In this document: piece after piece, positions 1 to 11,289 of the stretch
Layout: the number at the start of each line of letters is the position of its first letter
How positions within the stretch are numbered: position 1 is the first letter of the stretch
From: Candidatus Cloacimonadales bacterium
GTDB taxonomy: Bacteria > Cloacimonadota > Cloacimonadia > Cloacimonadales > JAFGVF01
NCBI GenBank assembly: GCA_963662585.1
Contig: OY759729.1
Span: 1,312,001 to 1,376,000 of the forward strand
Length of the DNA stretch: 64,000 nt
Reading direction: 5' to 3'
The notes under the pieces: generated by a model
What the model saw: only the letters and a program-made list of their open reading frames with translations
Told to the model about the DNA's origin: nothing
The model's database searches: none
Program-made: the position numbers and the translations under genes

Positions 1-707
1 AGAATTGGATTGAGAAATTCTGTAACTTCAAACATATCCTTCTTATCTTCACCTACTGCTAAACCACCAATTGAATAACCAGGGAAATCCATCGCCATCA
101 GAGCTTTGGCTGACTCTTCTCTAAGATCTTTGTGGACACCACCCTGAACAATACCAAAGAGTGCTTGTTTATCCGTAAACTTGTGATAATCCTGTCCTCT
201 TTTAGCCCATTCTAGCGTTGTTTCTAATGATTTAGCTACATAATCTTTTGTAGCAGGATAAGGAGGACATTCATCAAATGACATTATTATATCTGCTCCG
301 ATAGCATTCTGAATTTCTATTGCTCGCTCTGGAGTAAACATGTGATAAGAACCGTCTAAGTGAGACTGAAATCTTACGCCATCTTTAGTTATCTTTCTTA
401 AACCTGCTAAACTCATTACTTGAAATCCACCACTATCTGTAAGTATTGGTCTATCCCAACCTATAAATTTATGTAAGCCACCAAACTTCTTTATTAATTC
501 ATGACCAGGTCTCATATAGAGATGATAAGTGTTTCCGAGGATTATCTGAGCTTGAGTATCCTCTACTAATTCTTTAGGCGACATTGTCTTCACTGACCCG
601 ATTGTACCAACCGGCATAAAGATTGGAGTTTTGATAACCCCGTGAGGTGTTGTGAATTGACCTGCTCTAGCACCAGCACTTTTTGCTTCTAGCGTATATT
701 TAAAAAT
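1..707 (-). CDS. tgt: Queuine tRNA-ribosyltransferase (3' part runs off the window start)
   Basis: Manual translation gives IFKYTLEAKSAGARAGQFTTPHGVIKTPIFMPVGT, ILGNTYHL, LTDSGGFQV and LFGIVQGG, all TGT motifs. SD AAGGAG at 719-714; the only plausible start is ATT at 707. Confidence 0.93.
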   Translation of the reverse strand, partial: MFKYTLEAKSAGARAGQFTTPHGVIKTPIFMPVGTIGSVKTMSPKELVEDTQAQIILGNTYHLYMRPGHELIKKFGGLHKFIGWDRPILTDSGGFQVMSLAGLRKITKDGVRFQSHLDGSYHMFTPERAIEIQNAIGADIIMSFDECPPYPATKDYVAKSLETTLEWAKRGQDYHKFTDKQALFGIVQGGVHKDLREESAKALMAMDFPGYSIGGLAVGEDKKDMFEVTEFLNPI

Positions 708-720
708 AATATTCTCCTTG

Positions 721-2007
721 TTAATTACTATTGTATCGAGATATTAAACCTTGGAAATCAGAATAGAAGGCATAAATCATTAATGATAAGAGTAAGAATA
801 TACCCATTTGTTGCAGAACTAACTGAGTTTTCATAGTTAGTTTCTTACCTCTTATCCCTTCAAGGAAAGCAAACATGATATGTCCCCCATCTAAAACAGG
901 AATAGGTAATAGATTCATTACCATTAAGACAATATTCAAGTAGGCAACAAACTGAAGTCCTCGAGAAATACCTTGTTTAACATAATCTCTTCCGGCAGAA
1001 AAAATCATTACCGGACCACCAATACTGTTCTTGAGTGATTTAGGCTTCTTAATCATTTGATAGAGACTCACATAATGCAGGGCAACTACAGAGCTAGTTG
1101 TTTTGAAACCAGTAATTATAGCTTGAGTAAAATTCAATCTTTCCTCATAATTAATAGGGAAATATTGGGTAATTCCAATTAGCTTTCTATCATCATTAGG
1201 TAATTCCATTTTAGAAAGTTCTTTATTAAGGACCTCACCATCTCTATCTATTACAAGCATTATGGATTCATCATTCTTACCAATCTCCTGATTCATCTCA
1301 TACCAGTCTTTGACCTCTACCCCATCTACCGATGTAATTTTATCGCCAGACTTAAGGCCAGAGTTGTAAGCAGGGCTTTTAGGCATTACTTCACCCACTA
1401 TAGGGAGAATTAAAGGTCTGATTTGAGAATAATCTGCCCAATCTGCTAATTTAACATCAGGAATAGATATCTCTTGAATCTTGCCATTTCTTTCAATTGT
1501 TAGGGTATTTCCTTCCCCATCTTTTAATTTAGATATAGCAGAATACCAGCCTTGGACGCTTTCTTGATTAACCTGAAGTACTTTATCTCCTTCCTTTAGA
1601 TAAGTATTAAGATAACTATTTACTTGATCAACTACTGGATAGTGGTCTGATACTTTTTGAGCAAACATAAAAGAGAGCATAAAAATTAGCAGAGCAAAAA
1701 TTAGGTTTGTGAAAGGACCTGCAAAAGCTATGATTGCTCGTTTCCACCAAGGAGAATTTAAAAAACTATCAGGGTCATCATCGCCAACTTCAGGATTATC
1801 ACCCTTCATTTTGACATAACCACCAAGTGGAATCCAAGAAAGGGAATATTCAACCCCACCCTTGATAAACTTAAAAATTGGCTTACCAAAGCCTATTGAG
1901 AATTTCTCAACTGTTATTCCGCACAATCGAGCAGCTATAAAATGACCACCTTCATGGACAGCAACAAGTAAACCTAAGACAATTAAGGCAATTAATATTG
2001 GAAACAA
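721..2007 (-). CDS. rseP: RIP metalloprotease RseP (M50, PDZ domains)
   Basis: HEGGH zinc motif, IPLGGYVKM, PDZ-like segments, NLLPIPVLDGGH; TTG start. Confidence 0.95.
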   Translation of the reverse strand: MFPILIALIVLGLLVAVHEGGHFIAARLCGITVEKFSIGFGKPIFKFIKGGVEYSLSWIPLGGYVKMKGDNPEVGDDDPDSFLNSPWWKRAIIAFAGPFTNLIFALLIFMLSFMFAQKVSDHYPVVDQVNSYLNTYLKEGDKVLQVNQESVQGWYSAISKLKDGEGNTLTIERNGKIQEISIPDVKLADWADYSQIRPLILPIVGEVMPKSPAYNSGLKSGDKITSVDGVEVKDWYEMNQEIGKNDESIMLVIDRDGEVLNKELSKMELPNDDRKLIGITQYFPINYEERLNFTQAIITGFKTTSSVVALHYVSLYQMIKKPKSLKNSIGGPVMIFSAGRDYVKQGISRGLQFVAYLNIVLMVMNLLPIPVLDGGHIMFAFLEGIRGKKLTMKTQLVLQQMGIFLLLSLMIYAFYSDFQGLISRYNSN

Positions 2008-2233
2008 ATTCTTCTCCTATCTATTTTCATCTATTTCGGGTTGTTAATTTAGCCCTTTTTTTCGCGGGTTAAAAATTATCAGTTCCAAGCACCAAAACTA
2101 AAACTATCTCTTTTTTTGTCAAACTGAAAACATCTTTATATTTATTAATACTAAAATTAGTTAATAAAATAACTATTGACAGCTATATATTTATCTAACA
2201 TGTTTGTAAAAGTTATAAACTTAAGGAGCACAA

Positions 2234-5200
2234 ATGAAACGAAATCTAATTATTTTGTTAATGGTAGTAGGTTTTCTCACTATCCTTAATGGGGAAAGTA
2301 TCACTTTAAATAGCAATGATAATAATATTTCTTTAATATCCTCTGATAACAATAACACTGTTTTAGAGTTAAATATTGGAAGTTTTTCCCAGACCCCACT
2401 TAAAATAGATGGTGAAGAATATTATCAGATAAGTATAAAAAACGAGGCTGAGACCTATGAAAAAGGTGCTCCTGAATTACCAACTCTTACAAGAAGTATA
2501 ATCATAGATAACTATTCTCAGCCAGAAATTAGGATTATTGATTCTGAATATAGAGAGTTTAAGATTAATGTTGCTCCTTCTAAAGGTGTAATTTCCAGAA
2601 ATATTGACCCAGCAAGCATTCCTTATGAATTTGGGCAAAAGTATCAGAAAGATGAATTTTACCCAAGTCAAATCAGTTTACTTGGCTCACCTTATATAAT
2701 GAGAAACTATCGTGGTGTAGCTGTTACTTTTAATCCTTTCCAGTATAATCCACAAACAGAAGTACTTAGAGTTTATACCATGCTTAAAGTGGAAGTTAGT
2801 AATAGTAGTAAATCAGAACAAAATGTCTTAACACGCTCAGGCAAAAGCGTTTCTTCTTTCGACTTTCTTTATCAAAATCATTTTTTAAACTATGAAACGA
2901 ATCGTTATGCGCCCTTAGATGAATTTGGTTCTATCTTAGTTATTGCTCCTCAGAACTATATTTCTACCATGCAAATCTATGCTAATTGGAAAATACAAAA
3001 AGGTATTCCTACAGAGATAGTTGATGTTGCCACTATCGGCAATAATTCTACTTCTATTAAGAATTATATTCAGACCTATTATAATAATCACCCTGAATTA
3101 GCTTTTGTTCAAATAGCTGGTGATGCCGCTCAGGTTGCCTCACTCACATCTGGTGGTGGTGGTGCTGACCCAATGTATGCTTTAGTCTCAGGTTCAGATA
3201 ACTACCCAGATATATTTATAGGTAGATTTTCTGCAGAGAATACTGAGCAACTCCTTACCCAAGTTGAAAGAACTTTGAACTATGAAAGAGATTTAAACAC
3301 CTCTGCAACTTATTTAAACAAGGCTCTGGGAATTGCTTCAGCTGAAGGTACTAGTGGACAGGGTGATAATGGTGAATCAGATATTCAACACATGAATATT
3401 ATCAGGACTAATCTGCTTAGTTACAACTACACTACTGTTGATCAAATATATGACCCTGGAGCAAGTGCTTCTGCTGTGGCAACATCTCTAAATAGTGGAA
3501 AAGGGCATGTTAATTACATCGGACATGGTTCTAATACTTCTTGGTCAACAACAGGATTTTCCAATACTTATGTAAATAATTTAACTAATGTAGGAAAGCT
3601 TCCTTTTATTGTTTCAGTTGCTTGTGTTAATGGTAATTTTGTATCTACAACCTGTTTTGCTGAAGCTTGGCTCAGGGCTACCTATAATGATGAGCCAACT
3701 GGTGCAATGGCAATCTATGCTTCTTCAATTAATCAATCTTGGGCTTCACCTATGAGAGGACAAGATGAAATAAGCCAACTTCTTACTAGTGAAGCCTTAT
3801 CTACAATTGGTGGTCTGTACTATAGTGGTTCTTGTGATATGATGGATGCCTACGGAACGGACGGAATAAATATGTTTAAAACTTGGCACATCTTTGGTGA
3901 TGCATCTCTACAAGTTAGAACAGATATTCCTCAAGAAATGACTATTAATCACTCTGGAATGCTTCCTGCCGGGAACACTACTTATAGCGTAAGTACAGGT
4001 ATTGCAGATGCTTTAGTCTCCCTTACCTATAATAACCAAATTTTAGGAAGTGGATACGCTAATAGTTCCGGGAATATAACTCTCACTTTAAGTAACCTTC
4101 CTACCACTCCAACTGATTTAACTCTCACTGTTACAGCTTTGAATAAAGTTACGGTCATTGAGCCCGTAACTATGGCAGCTACTGATGGTCCATATCTTAC
4201 TTTGGCAGATTATTCAGTTAATGATGCCAATAACAATGGTTTATTAGAATATGGTGAAACAGCTTCTTTAAATTTAGTTATAGAGAATATTGGTAATTCT
4301 GCTTCAAGTTCAGGATTTATTACTTTTAGTGAATCTGACACTTATTTAACATTAACTTCAAGCTCAGCTTTAGTGAGTACTATAAATGCTGAAGGCTCTC
4401 TCAATATTAACAATGTGATTAACTTCTCTCTTGCGAACAATATACCTAATAATCATACTATTACCCTTTCTTATATTATTTCTGCAGGGGGAGAGGAATA
4501 TCCTGGTACTATAAGTTTAACAGGAAAGTCTTATGATATGGAAATTACTGAAATATCTATTGATGATTCAAGTTCTGGAAATGGCAATAATACCATAGAT
4601 GCTGGTGAAACTTTTAACATCCTAGTAACTGTTGAGAATAATGGTGAGGTAAACTCACCCGCAAGTACTATAAATATAGCTAATGCAAGCTATATTACTT
4701 ATAATAGTTCTAGCCTTACAATACCTGCAATATCCGCAGGAAATAGCCAAGAGATAAGCTTTACTGCTACTGCTTCCAGCTCTATCCCAGCAGGGGAATT
4801 AGTTACTTTTACAGCTAACTCTGCTTATCTTAATGGAGATCTTGAATTTAGCCAAGGGTTCTTAGCAGCTTTACTTCAGATTGGGCAAGGGACAGTGACT
4901 AATGCTAGTCTTCCTATTGAGCCTTATTATGGTTATACTTATAGTCAATCCATATACACTGCTTCTGAACTTAATCTAGGGGTTTCTCAGATTAATAAAA
5001 TAGCTTATCAATATAATGGTAACAGCTCTTGGACTGATGCTATCGTTATTTACATGGGAAATACTACTAAAACTAGTTTTACTTCTACCTCTGACTGGGT
5101 CTCTTCTACTAACCTAACTCAAGTCTATAGTGGTTCTTTCACAGCTCCAGCAACTGCTGGCTGGATTGAAATAGAATTAGATACTCCTTTTCTTTATGAT

Positions 5201-7171
5201 GGAACAAGTAATTTGGTTACTGGCTTTGATGAGAATACCTCAGGATGGCATAATAGTAGTGACGAATTCTACTGTTATGCAGCAGGTTCAAATAGAAGTA
5301 TCTATTATTATGATGATTCCACAAATCCTAATCCTGTTTATCCTGTTTTAGGAACAGTATCAAGTAATAATCCGAATATGAGAATCTTTGCTTCAGCTTA
5401 CTCTACTGCACCAACACTATCTCTAAATACAAACAATATTGATTTTGGTGCAGTTGCTTTAGGTAATCCAGTTTTCGAGACTCTAATTATCACCAATCAA
5501 GGTGGAGAAACTCTAACTGGAACAATAAGAGCAAATAATAGTTTTTCAATCCAAAGTTCTGATAATTTAAGATCAAAAAAACAAATTATTGAAAATATTG
5601 AATCCACAACATCTTTGAGAAATATTGACTTCTCTATCAACTCTCTACAATCTAAAAGCTACATTATAAGCCATTCAACAGCTGGTTTAGGAGTATTCAA
5701 TGGTTCTCTTGCTATTACTTCTAATGATTCTAACAACCAAGATATTGAAATTCCTATTCGTCTGGAAGTAATTAATCCCGCTTCTATCAGTGTTAATCCT
5801 CAAAACATTGAATTAACCTTGCAAGCTCAGCAAACAGCAAACAGAGATTTAACTATAAATAATACAGGTGATCTTGCTTTAACATGCTCGCTAACACTTC
5901 AAGCTAATGAAAACAGAGATGTAACTGAAATATTCTCTGCTAACTTTGATGATAATGATTTAGCAGACTGGAGCATTGATTATCTTTATTCTGCTGACCA
6001 TACTTGGCATATTGCTGATAACTATAGTAGCTCAAGTATAGATGGAAGCTCTTTCTTATTTATAAATAGCGATGCTGCTGGTCAAAATACTGAATTAAAT
6101 GACACAATCGAAACGCCATCATTTAATATCAGTGCTTATGAAGAAGTTACTATAGAATTTGATCATTATTTTAATAGATATAGTGAAGAAATTGCTGATG
6201 TTGACTTCTGGACTGGTTCTGAATGGATTAATATTGGTCAATGGATAGGGGAAAGTATTGGATACTGGTCTGCACCAAGTCATTTCACCTATACTTTAAC
6301 CAATGAAGGATATAGTGATGTGAAACTCAGATTCCACTACTATGATGCCAATTGGGTCTGGTATTGGGCTATTGATAATTTACTTGTTTCTGGAGAAGGT
6401 ACTCCTGCCCCACAATGGGTAAGTCTGGATTCTGAATTTAATAACTTCACAATTTCACCTAATTCTAATGAGCCTGTTACTCTTAATTTTAACACTTTTG
6501 AATTAGAAGTTGGTCAATATACTGCAACCTTAAATATTCAATCAAACTCTGCTACTAATAGCAGTATTGACATCCCAATTACACTAACTATTAGTGAATT
6601 AGAGAATGAACCAACTTGGGAACCTGTTATCTATCCTAACAACAGTGTTACTATTTACGCTGAAGTTACCCATTTGAGTAATGAAATAGCTGAAGATGAT
6701 ATTGTTTCTGCTTGGGTTGGAGATGAATGCCGTGGAATTGGTTCAATAGTTCTTTTTGATAGAAGTCAAGCTTTCACGACTATTATAGTGCAGTCTAATG
6801 GAACAACTGAAAATGTTTACTTCAAACTTTATGACAGAAGCCAAGATATAGTTATTGAAGAATCTAATTCTACTACTATTGCTAGTGGTCAAGTTGTTGG
6901 TTCTGAAGAAACTCCATTTCCTATTAATATAGGAATCATTGAGCTTATTGTTCCTAATAACTTAGATGTAGAAATTTCTAACAGTATAGCAACCATAAAC
7001 TGGCTTGCTGTACCTAATGCTGATTTCTATAAAGTATTCTACTCTTCAGATTTAGAGAACTGGACAGAATTAAGTCAGGTAAGTGGTACATCTTATGAAC
7101 ATACCCAACCGCGTAGTGAGGTTCACCTCTATAAAGTTAAAGCATTTAGGAATGAAAGAAGAAGAAATTAA
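2234..7171 (+). CDS. Secreted gingipain-like C25 cysteine peptidase with propeptide, Ig-like and adhesin-like modules
   Basis: Signal peptide; propeptide motifs (GAPELP, PFQYNP); catalytic region PDIFIGRFS, YIGHGS, SVACVNG, WHIFGD; C-terminal beta-rich modules (YWAIDN). Confidence 0.88.
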   Translation: MKRNLIILLMVVGFLTILNGESITLNSNDNNISLISSDNNNTVLELNIGSFSQTPLKIDGEEYYQISIKNEAETYEKGAPELPTLTRSIIIDNYSQPEIRIIDSEYREFKINVAPSKGVISRNIDPASIPYEFGQKYQKDEFYPSQISLLGSPYIMRNYRGVAVTFNPFQYNPQTEVLRVYTMLKVEVSNSSKSEQNVLTRSGKSVSSFDFLYQNHFLNYETNRYAPLDEFGSILVIAPQNYISTMQIYANWKIQKGIPTEIVDVATIGNNSTSIKNYIQTYYNNHPELAFVQIAGDAAQVASLTSGGGGADPMYALVSGSDNYPDIFIGRFSAENTEQLLTQVERTLNYERDLNTSATYLNKALGIASAEGTSGQGDNGESDIQHMNIIRTNLLSYNYTTVDQIYDPGASASAVATSLNSGKGHVNYIGHGSNTSWSTTGFSNTYVNNLTNVGKLPFIVSVACVNGNFVSTTCFAEAWLRATYNDEPTGAMAIYASSINQSWASPMRGQDEISQLLTSEALSTIGGLYYSGSCDMMDAYGTDGINMFKTWHIFGDASLQVRTDIPQEMTINHSGMLPAGNTTYSVSTGIADALVSLTYNNQILGSGYANSSGNITLTLSNLPTTPTDLTLTVTALNKVTVIEPVTMAATDGPYLTLADYSVNDANNNGLLEYGETASLNLVIENIGNSASSSGFITFSESDTYLTLTSSSALVSTINAEGSLNINNVINFSLANNIPNNHTITLSYIISAGGEEYPGTISLTGKSYDMEITEISIDDSSSGNGNNTIDAGETFNILVTVENNGEVNSPASTINIANASYITYNSSSLTIPAISAGNSQEISFTATASSSIPAGELVTFTANSAYLNGDLEFSQGFLAALLQIGQGTVTNASLPIEPYYGYTYSQSIYTASELNLGVSQINKIAYQYNGNSSWTDAIVIYMGNTTKTSFTSTSDWVSSTNLTQVYSGSFTAPATAGWIEIELDTPFLYDGTSNLVTGFDENTSGWHNSSDEFYCYAAGSNRSIYYYDDSTNPNPVYPVLGTVSSNNPNMRIFASAYSTAPTLSLNTNNIDFGAVALGNPVFETLIITNQGGETLTGTIRANNSFSIQSSDNLRSKKQIIENIESTTSLRNIDFSINSLQSKSYIISHSTAGLGVFNGSLAITSNDSNNQDIEIPIRLEVINPASISVNPQNIELTLQAQQTANRDLTINNTGDLALTCSLTLQANENRDVTEIFSANFDDNDLADWSIDYLYSADHTWHIADNYSSSSIDGSSFLFINSDAAGQNTELNDTIETPSFNISAYEEVTIEFDHYFNRYSEEIADVDFWTGSEWINIGQWIGESIGYWSAPSHFTYTLTNEGYSDVKLRFHYYDANWVWYWAIDNLLVSGEGTPAPQWVSLDSEFNNFTISPNSNEPVTLNFNTFELEVGQYTATLNIQSNSATNSSIDIPITLTISELENEPTWEPVIYPNNSVTIYAEVTHLSNEIAEDDIVSAWVGDECRGIGSIVLFDRSQAFTTIIVQSNGTTENVYFKLYDRSQDIVIEESNSTTIASGQVVGSEETPFPINIGIIELIVPNNLDVEISNSIATINWLAVPNADFYKVFYSSDLENWTELSQVSGTSYEHTQPRSEVHLYKVKAFRNERRRN

Positions 7172-7186
7172 TCAAACAGATAGAAT

Positions 7187-7215
7187 AAAAACCCTGCTGT
7201 AAACAGCAGGGTTTT
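7187..7215. terminator. Bidirectional intrinsic terminator between convergent C25 peptidase and ftcd
   Basis: AAAACCCTGCTGT-AA-ACAGCAGGGTTTT perfect hairpin with A/T tails. Confidence 0.85.
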
Positions 7216-7249
7216 CTATATTCTATATTATGCCTATTAAGGCAATAAA

Positions 7250-8914
7250 CTATAATCTACCTAAGACATCTTTTTCAACTGTAAGAGCTAACTGATTAGT
7301 ATTTTCCCATAATTCTTTAGCTTTAGCTGATATTTCTTTCTTGAAGTCTTCATCATTAATTCCTGCCATATTAATCATCACATTAAGGTAGGCAGCTTTT
7401 GCTCCTGCGTTAGCAGTAATAGCTGCAACACCAGCATCAGAAAGCGCATTTGTGTTTCCGATAACTGCAACTTTTTCAGCTAATTGCACAGCATCCCAGC
7501 AGATTTCTAAAGTCTTGAGAGGAATTAGAATAGCATCTTTAGTTGCTTCTTCCATTGCCTGATCTCTCAGTTCTTTCTCTTCATCACTCTTTTTAGGAAG
7601 TTTCATAGCATCCATCATAATATAGAAAGCTTGAGTATCCTCATCTATAGCAGAAAGAGATCTCTCTTTAATAGCTTGACCTTCTTCCCCAAATTTTCTT
7701 GCTTCAGCTTGAACTTTATCATAACCTTTCTTATCAACAGTGAGGTTAGAGACCATAGCAGAGAGAGCACCTGACATTGCTACACAAACAGCAGCAACTG
7801 ATCCACCACCTGGTGCAGGAGAATCGGAGGCTAACTCATCGTTGAATTGAGTAATAGTCATATTGACTAAGTCATTAGGATTTGCGATAGCATATTCAAT
7901 AACTTTTTTATCTAAATCAAAATCAGCTAAGTCATCTAATCCCATAGATTTTACAGCTGTTTCCATAATTTTTCTTTCTGAAATACCTGCAGTTTCACCC
8001 ATTTTCTTAAGATAGTATTTACCTGCACTTATAAGAGCTTCTTTAGGGGTAAGTCCTACTAACTCGGAACCAGTAACAAAAATACCTTTTGCTAAAGCTA
8101 ATTCTCTTACTTTATCTAACACTTCATGCACAGGAGTGATTTTATAATTAGTTAAATTGATAGAAATCTGAGCTCTATCATATTCATCAATAAACCAACC
8201 TACAGCTTTGCATTCTTTAAAGATACCTGCTTGCATAACTTTGTTACCATCTGCATCTTTGATTAATTTGCCTTTTGCATCACGAGCTGGACGGCCTTTT
8301 TCTCTAATATCAAGAGCGATATCATGAGCTTTGGCTTTATCGCGAGTATTTAAATTTATATTATAAGCAATTAAGAATTCTCTTACACCAATAGCAGTTG
8401 CACCTGATTTTGCATTAAATACTTGAGGACCAAAGTCTGGTTTCCAAGCTGGATCCTGCATTTTTTTAGGAAGGGCTTCATATTCACCTTTTCTGATATT
8501 GGCAAGATTTTTCCATTCAGGTTTAGAAGCAGAATATTCATAAAGATAAATAGGAATACCTAATTCTTCCCCAACTCTTTTTCCTAATTTTTTAGAGTAT
8601 TCAATACACTCTTCCATTGAAACATCAGAAATAGGAATAAGAGGGCAAACATCAGTAGCACCCATTCTTGAGTGAGTTCCATGATGTTTACTCATATCAA
8701 TAAGTTCGCCTGCTTTTTTAATTGCTTGAAAAGCAGCTTCTATCACTGCATCAGGAGTTCCAACGAAAGTAAATACTGTTCGATTAGTTTCTGCTCCTGG
8801 ATCTACATCTAAGAGAGTAACATTATTAACAGAACATATTGAAGCAGAAATTGCATCTAATATCTTCTTATCACAACCTTCACTAAAATTAGGAACGCAT
8901 TCGATAAGTTTCAT
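7250..8914 (-). CDS. ftcd: Glutamate formiminotransferase / formiminotetrahydrofolate cyclodeaminase (fused)
   Basis: N-terminal ECVPNFSEG and HSRMGATDVCP; C-terminal LASDSPAPGGGS and NALSDAGVA. Confidence 0.95.
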   Translation of the reverse strand: MKLIECVPNFSEGCDKKILDAISASICSVNNVTLLDVDPGAETNRTVFTFVGTPDAVIEAAFQAIKKAGELIDMSKHHGTHSRMGATDVCPLIPISDVSMEECIEYSKKLGKRVGEELGIPIYLYEYSASKPEWKNLANIRKGEYEALPKKMQDPAWKPDFGPQVFNAKSGATAIGVREFLIAYNINLNTRDKAKAHDIALDIREKGRPARDAKGKLIKDADGNKVMQAGIFKECKAVGWFIDEYDRAQISINLTNYKITPVHEVLDKVRELALAKGIFVTGSELVGLTPKEALISAGKYYLKKMGETAGISERKIMETAVKSMGLDDLADFDLDKKVIEYAIANPNDLVNMTITQFNDELASDSPAPGGGSVAAVCVAMSGALSAMVSNLTVDKKGYDKVQAEARKFGEEGQAIKERSLSAIDEDTQAFYIMMDAMKLPKKSDEEKELRDQAMEEATKDAILIPLKTLEICWDAVQLAEKVAVIGNTNALSDAGVAAITANAGAKAAYLNVMINMAGINDEDFKKEISAKAKELWENTNQLALTVEKDVLGRL

Positions 8915-8944
8915 AAATTCCTCCGAATTATTTTGATTTTATAG

Positions 8945-10183
8945 TTATTTTTTTAATTTCTTTAATTTAATTTTTTCTATTTTTCTTTCTGTTGCTTGAA
9001 TAATCTGAATCCTAAATCCTTCGATATTAATATATTGACCTAGTTTAGGAATTCTCTCAATAGTATCAATTATTAGTCCTGCTAGAGTTTTGTAGTTTCC
9101 TTCAGGTAAATCAAGATCATATTCATCGTTAAGATCATCGACTTCACAATCAGCATTAATGATATAAGTATCTTCACTTATTTTAACGACATCTGAAGAA
9201 TCATCTTCGTGGTCATATTCATCTTCTATATCACCCACAATCTCTTCCATAATATCTTCAAAAGTAACTATTCCCGAAGTTCCTCCATAAGAGTCCACTA
9301 CAATAGTCATACTCTTTTTCTGCTTTTGCATCTCTTGCATTAAGAAATTTAAGCTAATATTCTCAGGAGAAAAATAGGGGTCTCTGATTAAGTCTTTTGC
9401 CACGGCATCTGGCTTTAAATCTCTCTTTAAGATATCATAGATAATTAGGATTCCAGTAATGTTATCAATTGTTTCAGAATAGACTGGATAGCGGGTAAAA
9501 CCTTCTTCTCTTACGACTTCGATGATCTCGGCAATAGGAGTACTCTCTTCAAAACCAATAATATCTCTTCTAGGTACCATAATATCTTCGGCAGTAAGAG
9601 TATTAAATTCTAACATTTCTTCCAGCATCTCTTTTTGAGGATGAGTAATATTTTTATCCTCTTTAGTATTGGAGAGAAAGAGCGCTAAGTCGTCTTTTGT
9701 TAAATAAGAAAGGGAGTGAGGTCCGCTAATATTGAATCTTTTATAGAGCCAATCATTTAGCCAAGTAACTACTGCCACAAATGGTTTGAGGAGAAAGTAA
9801 GCTACCTTTAGAAAAGAGAAAGTTCTTGGTACTAATAAGTTTGAATAATCTCTGAAAACTATCTTAGGTACTATCTCTCCAATCAGAAAGACTAATCCAC
9901 CAATAAGCAATGAGACATATTCTTGTTTAAAGAAATTACTATTATGAGCAATAACTGTCGCTACTGCTGCTAAAAGTATGTTAACTATATTATTACCTAT
10001 CAGAATAGTTCCAAAGAACTTATCAGGTTTAGAAACAAAATTCAAGAGTTCCCTCTTCCCTTTATGAGTTTTGGCATCTTTTTCTAAGCGAAGCATATCC
10101 AAAGAGACTATTCCTGTCTCTAAGCCTGAGAATAAAAATGAGAGCAGAAACAATACAATAAGTACTACAATATTCAGTAACAT
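8945..10183 (-). CDS. Hemolysin-family CNNM/CBS/CorC membrane protein (Mg2+/Co2+ transport related)
   Basis: FSGLETG, ILIGNN, GEIVPK, MVPR, FTRYPVY, VDSYGGTSGIVTFEDIMEEIVGDIEDEYD. Confidence 0.9.
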   Translation of the reverse strand: MLLNIVVLIVLFLLSFLFSGLETGIVSLDMLRLEKDAKTHKGKRELLNFVSKPDKFFGTILIGNNIVNILLAAVATVIAHNSNFFKQEYVSLLIGGLVFLIGEIVPKIVFRDYSNLLVPRTFSFLKVAYFLLKPFVAVVTWLNDWLYKRFNISGPHSLSYLTKDDLALFLSNTKEDKNITHPQKEMLEEMLEFNTLTAEDIMVPRRDIIGFEESTPIAEIIEVVREEGFTRYPVYSETIDNITGILIIYDILKRDLKPDAVAKDLIRDPYFSPENISLNFLMQEMQKQKKSMTIVVDSYGGTSGIVTFEDIMEEIVGDIEDEYDHEDDSSDVVKISEDTYIINADCEVDDLNDEYDLDLPEGNYKTLAGLIIDTIERIPKLGQYINIEGFRIQIIQATERKIEKIKLKKLKK

Positions 10184-10207
10184 TTTCCTACTTCTTAATT
10201 ATTATTG

Positions 10208-11275
10208 TTAGCTATTAATTTGTTCATTTTTGTAAGCAATTTTAAGTGCTTCAATGAACTCGTTAATATCTCCTGCCATTATTTGATCGAACTTATATGA
10301 TGTCAAATTAATTCTGTGATCTGTCACTCTAGATTGAGGAAAATTATAGGTTCTAATCTTGGCACTTCTATCACCGGTACCAACTTGAGACTTTCTAGTT
10401 GCAGAAATTTCAGCTTCTTGCTTAGCAATTTCCATATCAAGTAATCTTGATCTAAGTACTTTCATTGCTTTATCTTTATTTTTAATCTGAGATTTCTCAT
10501 CTTGACAGGTAATGACTAAGCCTGTAGGTAAATGAGTAATTCTCACAGCTGAATCTGTAGTGTTAACACTCTGACCACCATTTCCTGATGATCTATAAAC
10601 ATCTATTTTCAAATCATTTTGATTAACTTCTACATCCACATCATCAGCTTCTGGGAGAACTGCCACTGAGATTGCTGAAGTGTGAATTCTGCCACTTGCT
10701 TCTGTCTCTGGAACTCTCTGAACACGGTGAACACCAGACTCAAATCTCATTGTCCCAAAAACATTCTCACCTCTCAACATAAAGGTTACTTCTTTATAAC
10801 CACCTTTATCAGTCATGTTAGAAGTTAATACTTCCTGCTTCCAACCCTGATTTCCAGCAAAATAACTATACATTCTAAAGAGGTCTGCTGCAAAAAGAGC
10901 AGCTTCATCTCCACCTGTTCCTGCTCGGATTTCAACGATAACATCCTTGTCATCATTAGGGTCTCTAGGAGCTAGCATCTCTTTAAGAGTCTCTGATAAT
11001 TCTTCTAATTTTTCTTCCGACTCCTCAATATCCATCTTGGCTAACTCTTGCATCTCTTTATCTTTTTCGTGAGCTAATAGTCCTTTGGAATCTTTAATAT
11101 TCTGTTCGACTTCTAAATACTCTCTATTAACTGCTAAAATCTCTTCTAGTTCTTTAAATCTCTTAGAAATTTTTCCATAGATTCTTCTATCTGACATGAT
11201 TTTTTGGTCATATACTTGTTCTCTTAATTGGCTATGTTCTTCTATGAGAGCTTCCAATTTATCTTGCGGTATCAT
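10208..11275 (-). CDS. prfA: Peptide chain release factor 1
   Basis: [25 protein letters not shown] (PxT), GGQ motif, IRTYNFPQ. Confidence 0.97.
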   Translation of the reverse strand: MIPQDKLEALIEEHSQLREQVYDQKIMSDRRIYGKISKRFKELEEILAVNREYLEVEQNIKDSKGLLAHEKDKEMQELAKMDIEESEEKLEELSETLKEMLAPRDPNDDKDVIVEIRAGTGGDEAALFAADLFRMYSYFAGNQGWKQEVLTSNMTDKGGYKEVTFMLRGENVFGTMRFESGVHRVQRVPETEASGRIHTSAISVAVLPEADDVDVEVNQNDLKIDVYRSSGNGGQSVNTTDSAVRITHLPTGLVITCQDEKSQIKNKDKAMKVLRSRLLDMEIAKQEAEISATRKSQVGTGDRSAKIRTYNFPQSRVTDHRINLTSYKFDQIMAGDINEFIEALKIAYKNEQINS

Positions 11276-11289
11276 TCAATACTCCTAAA

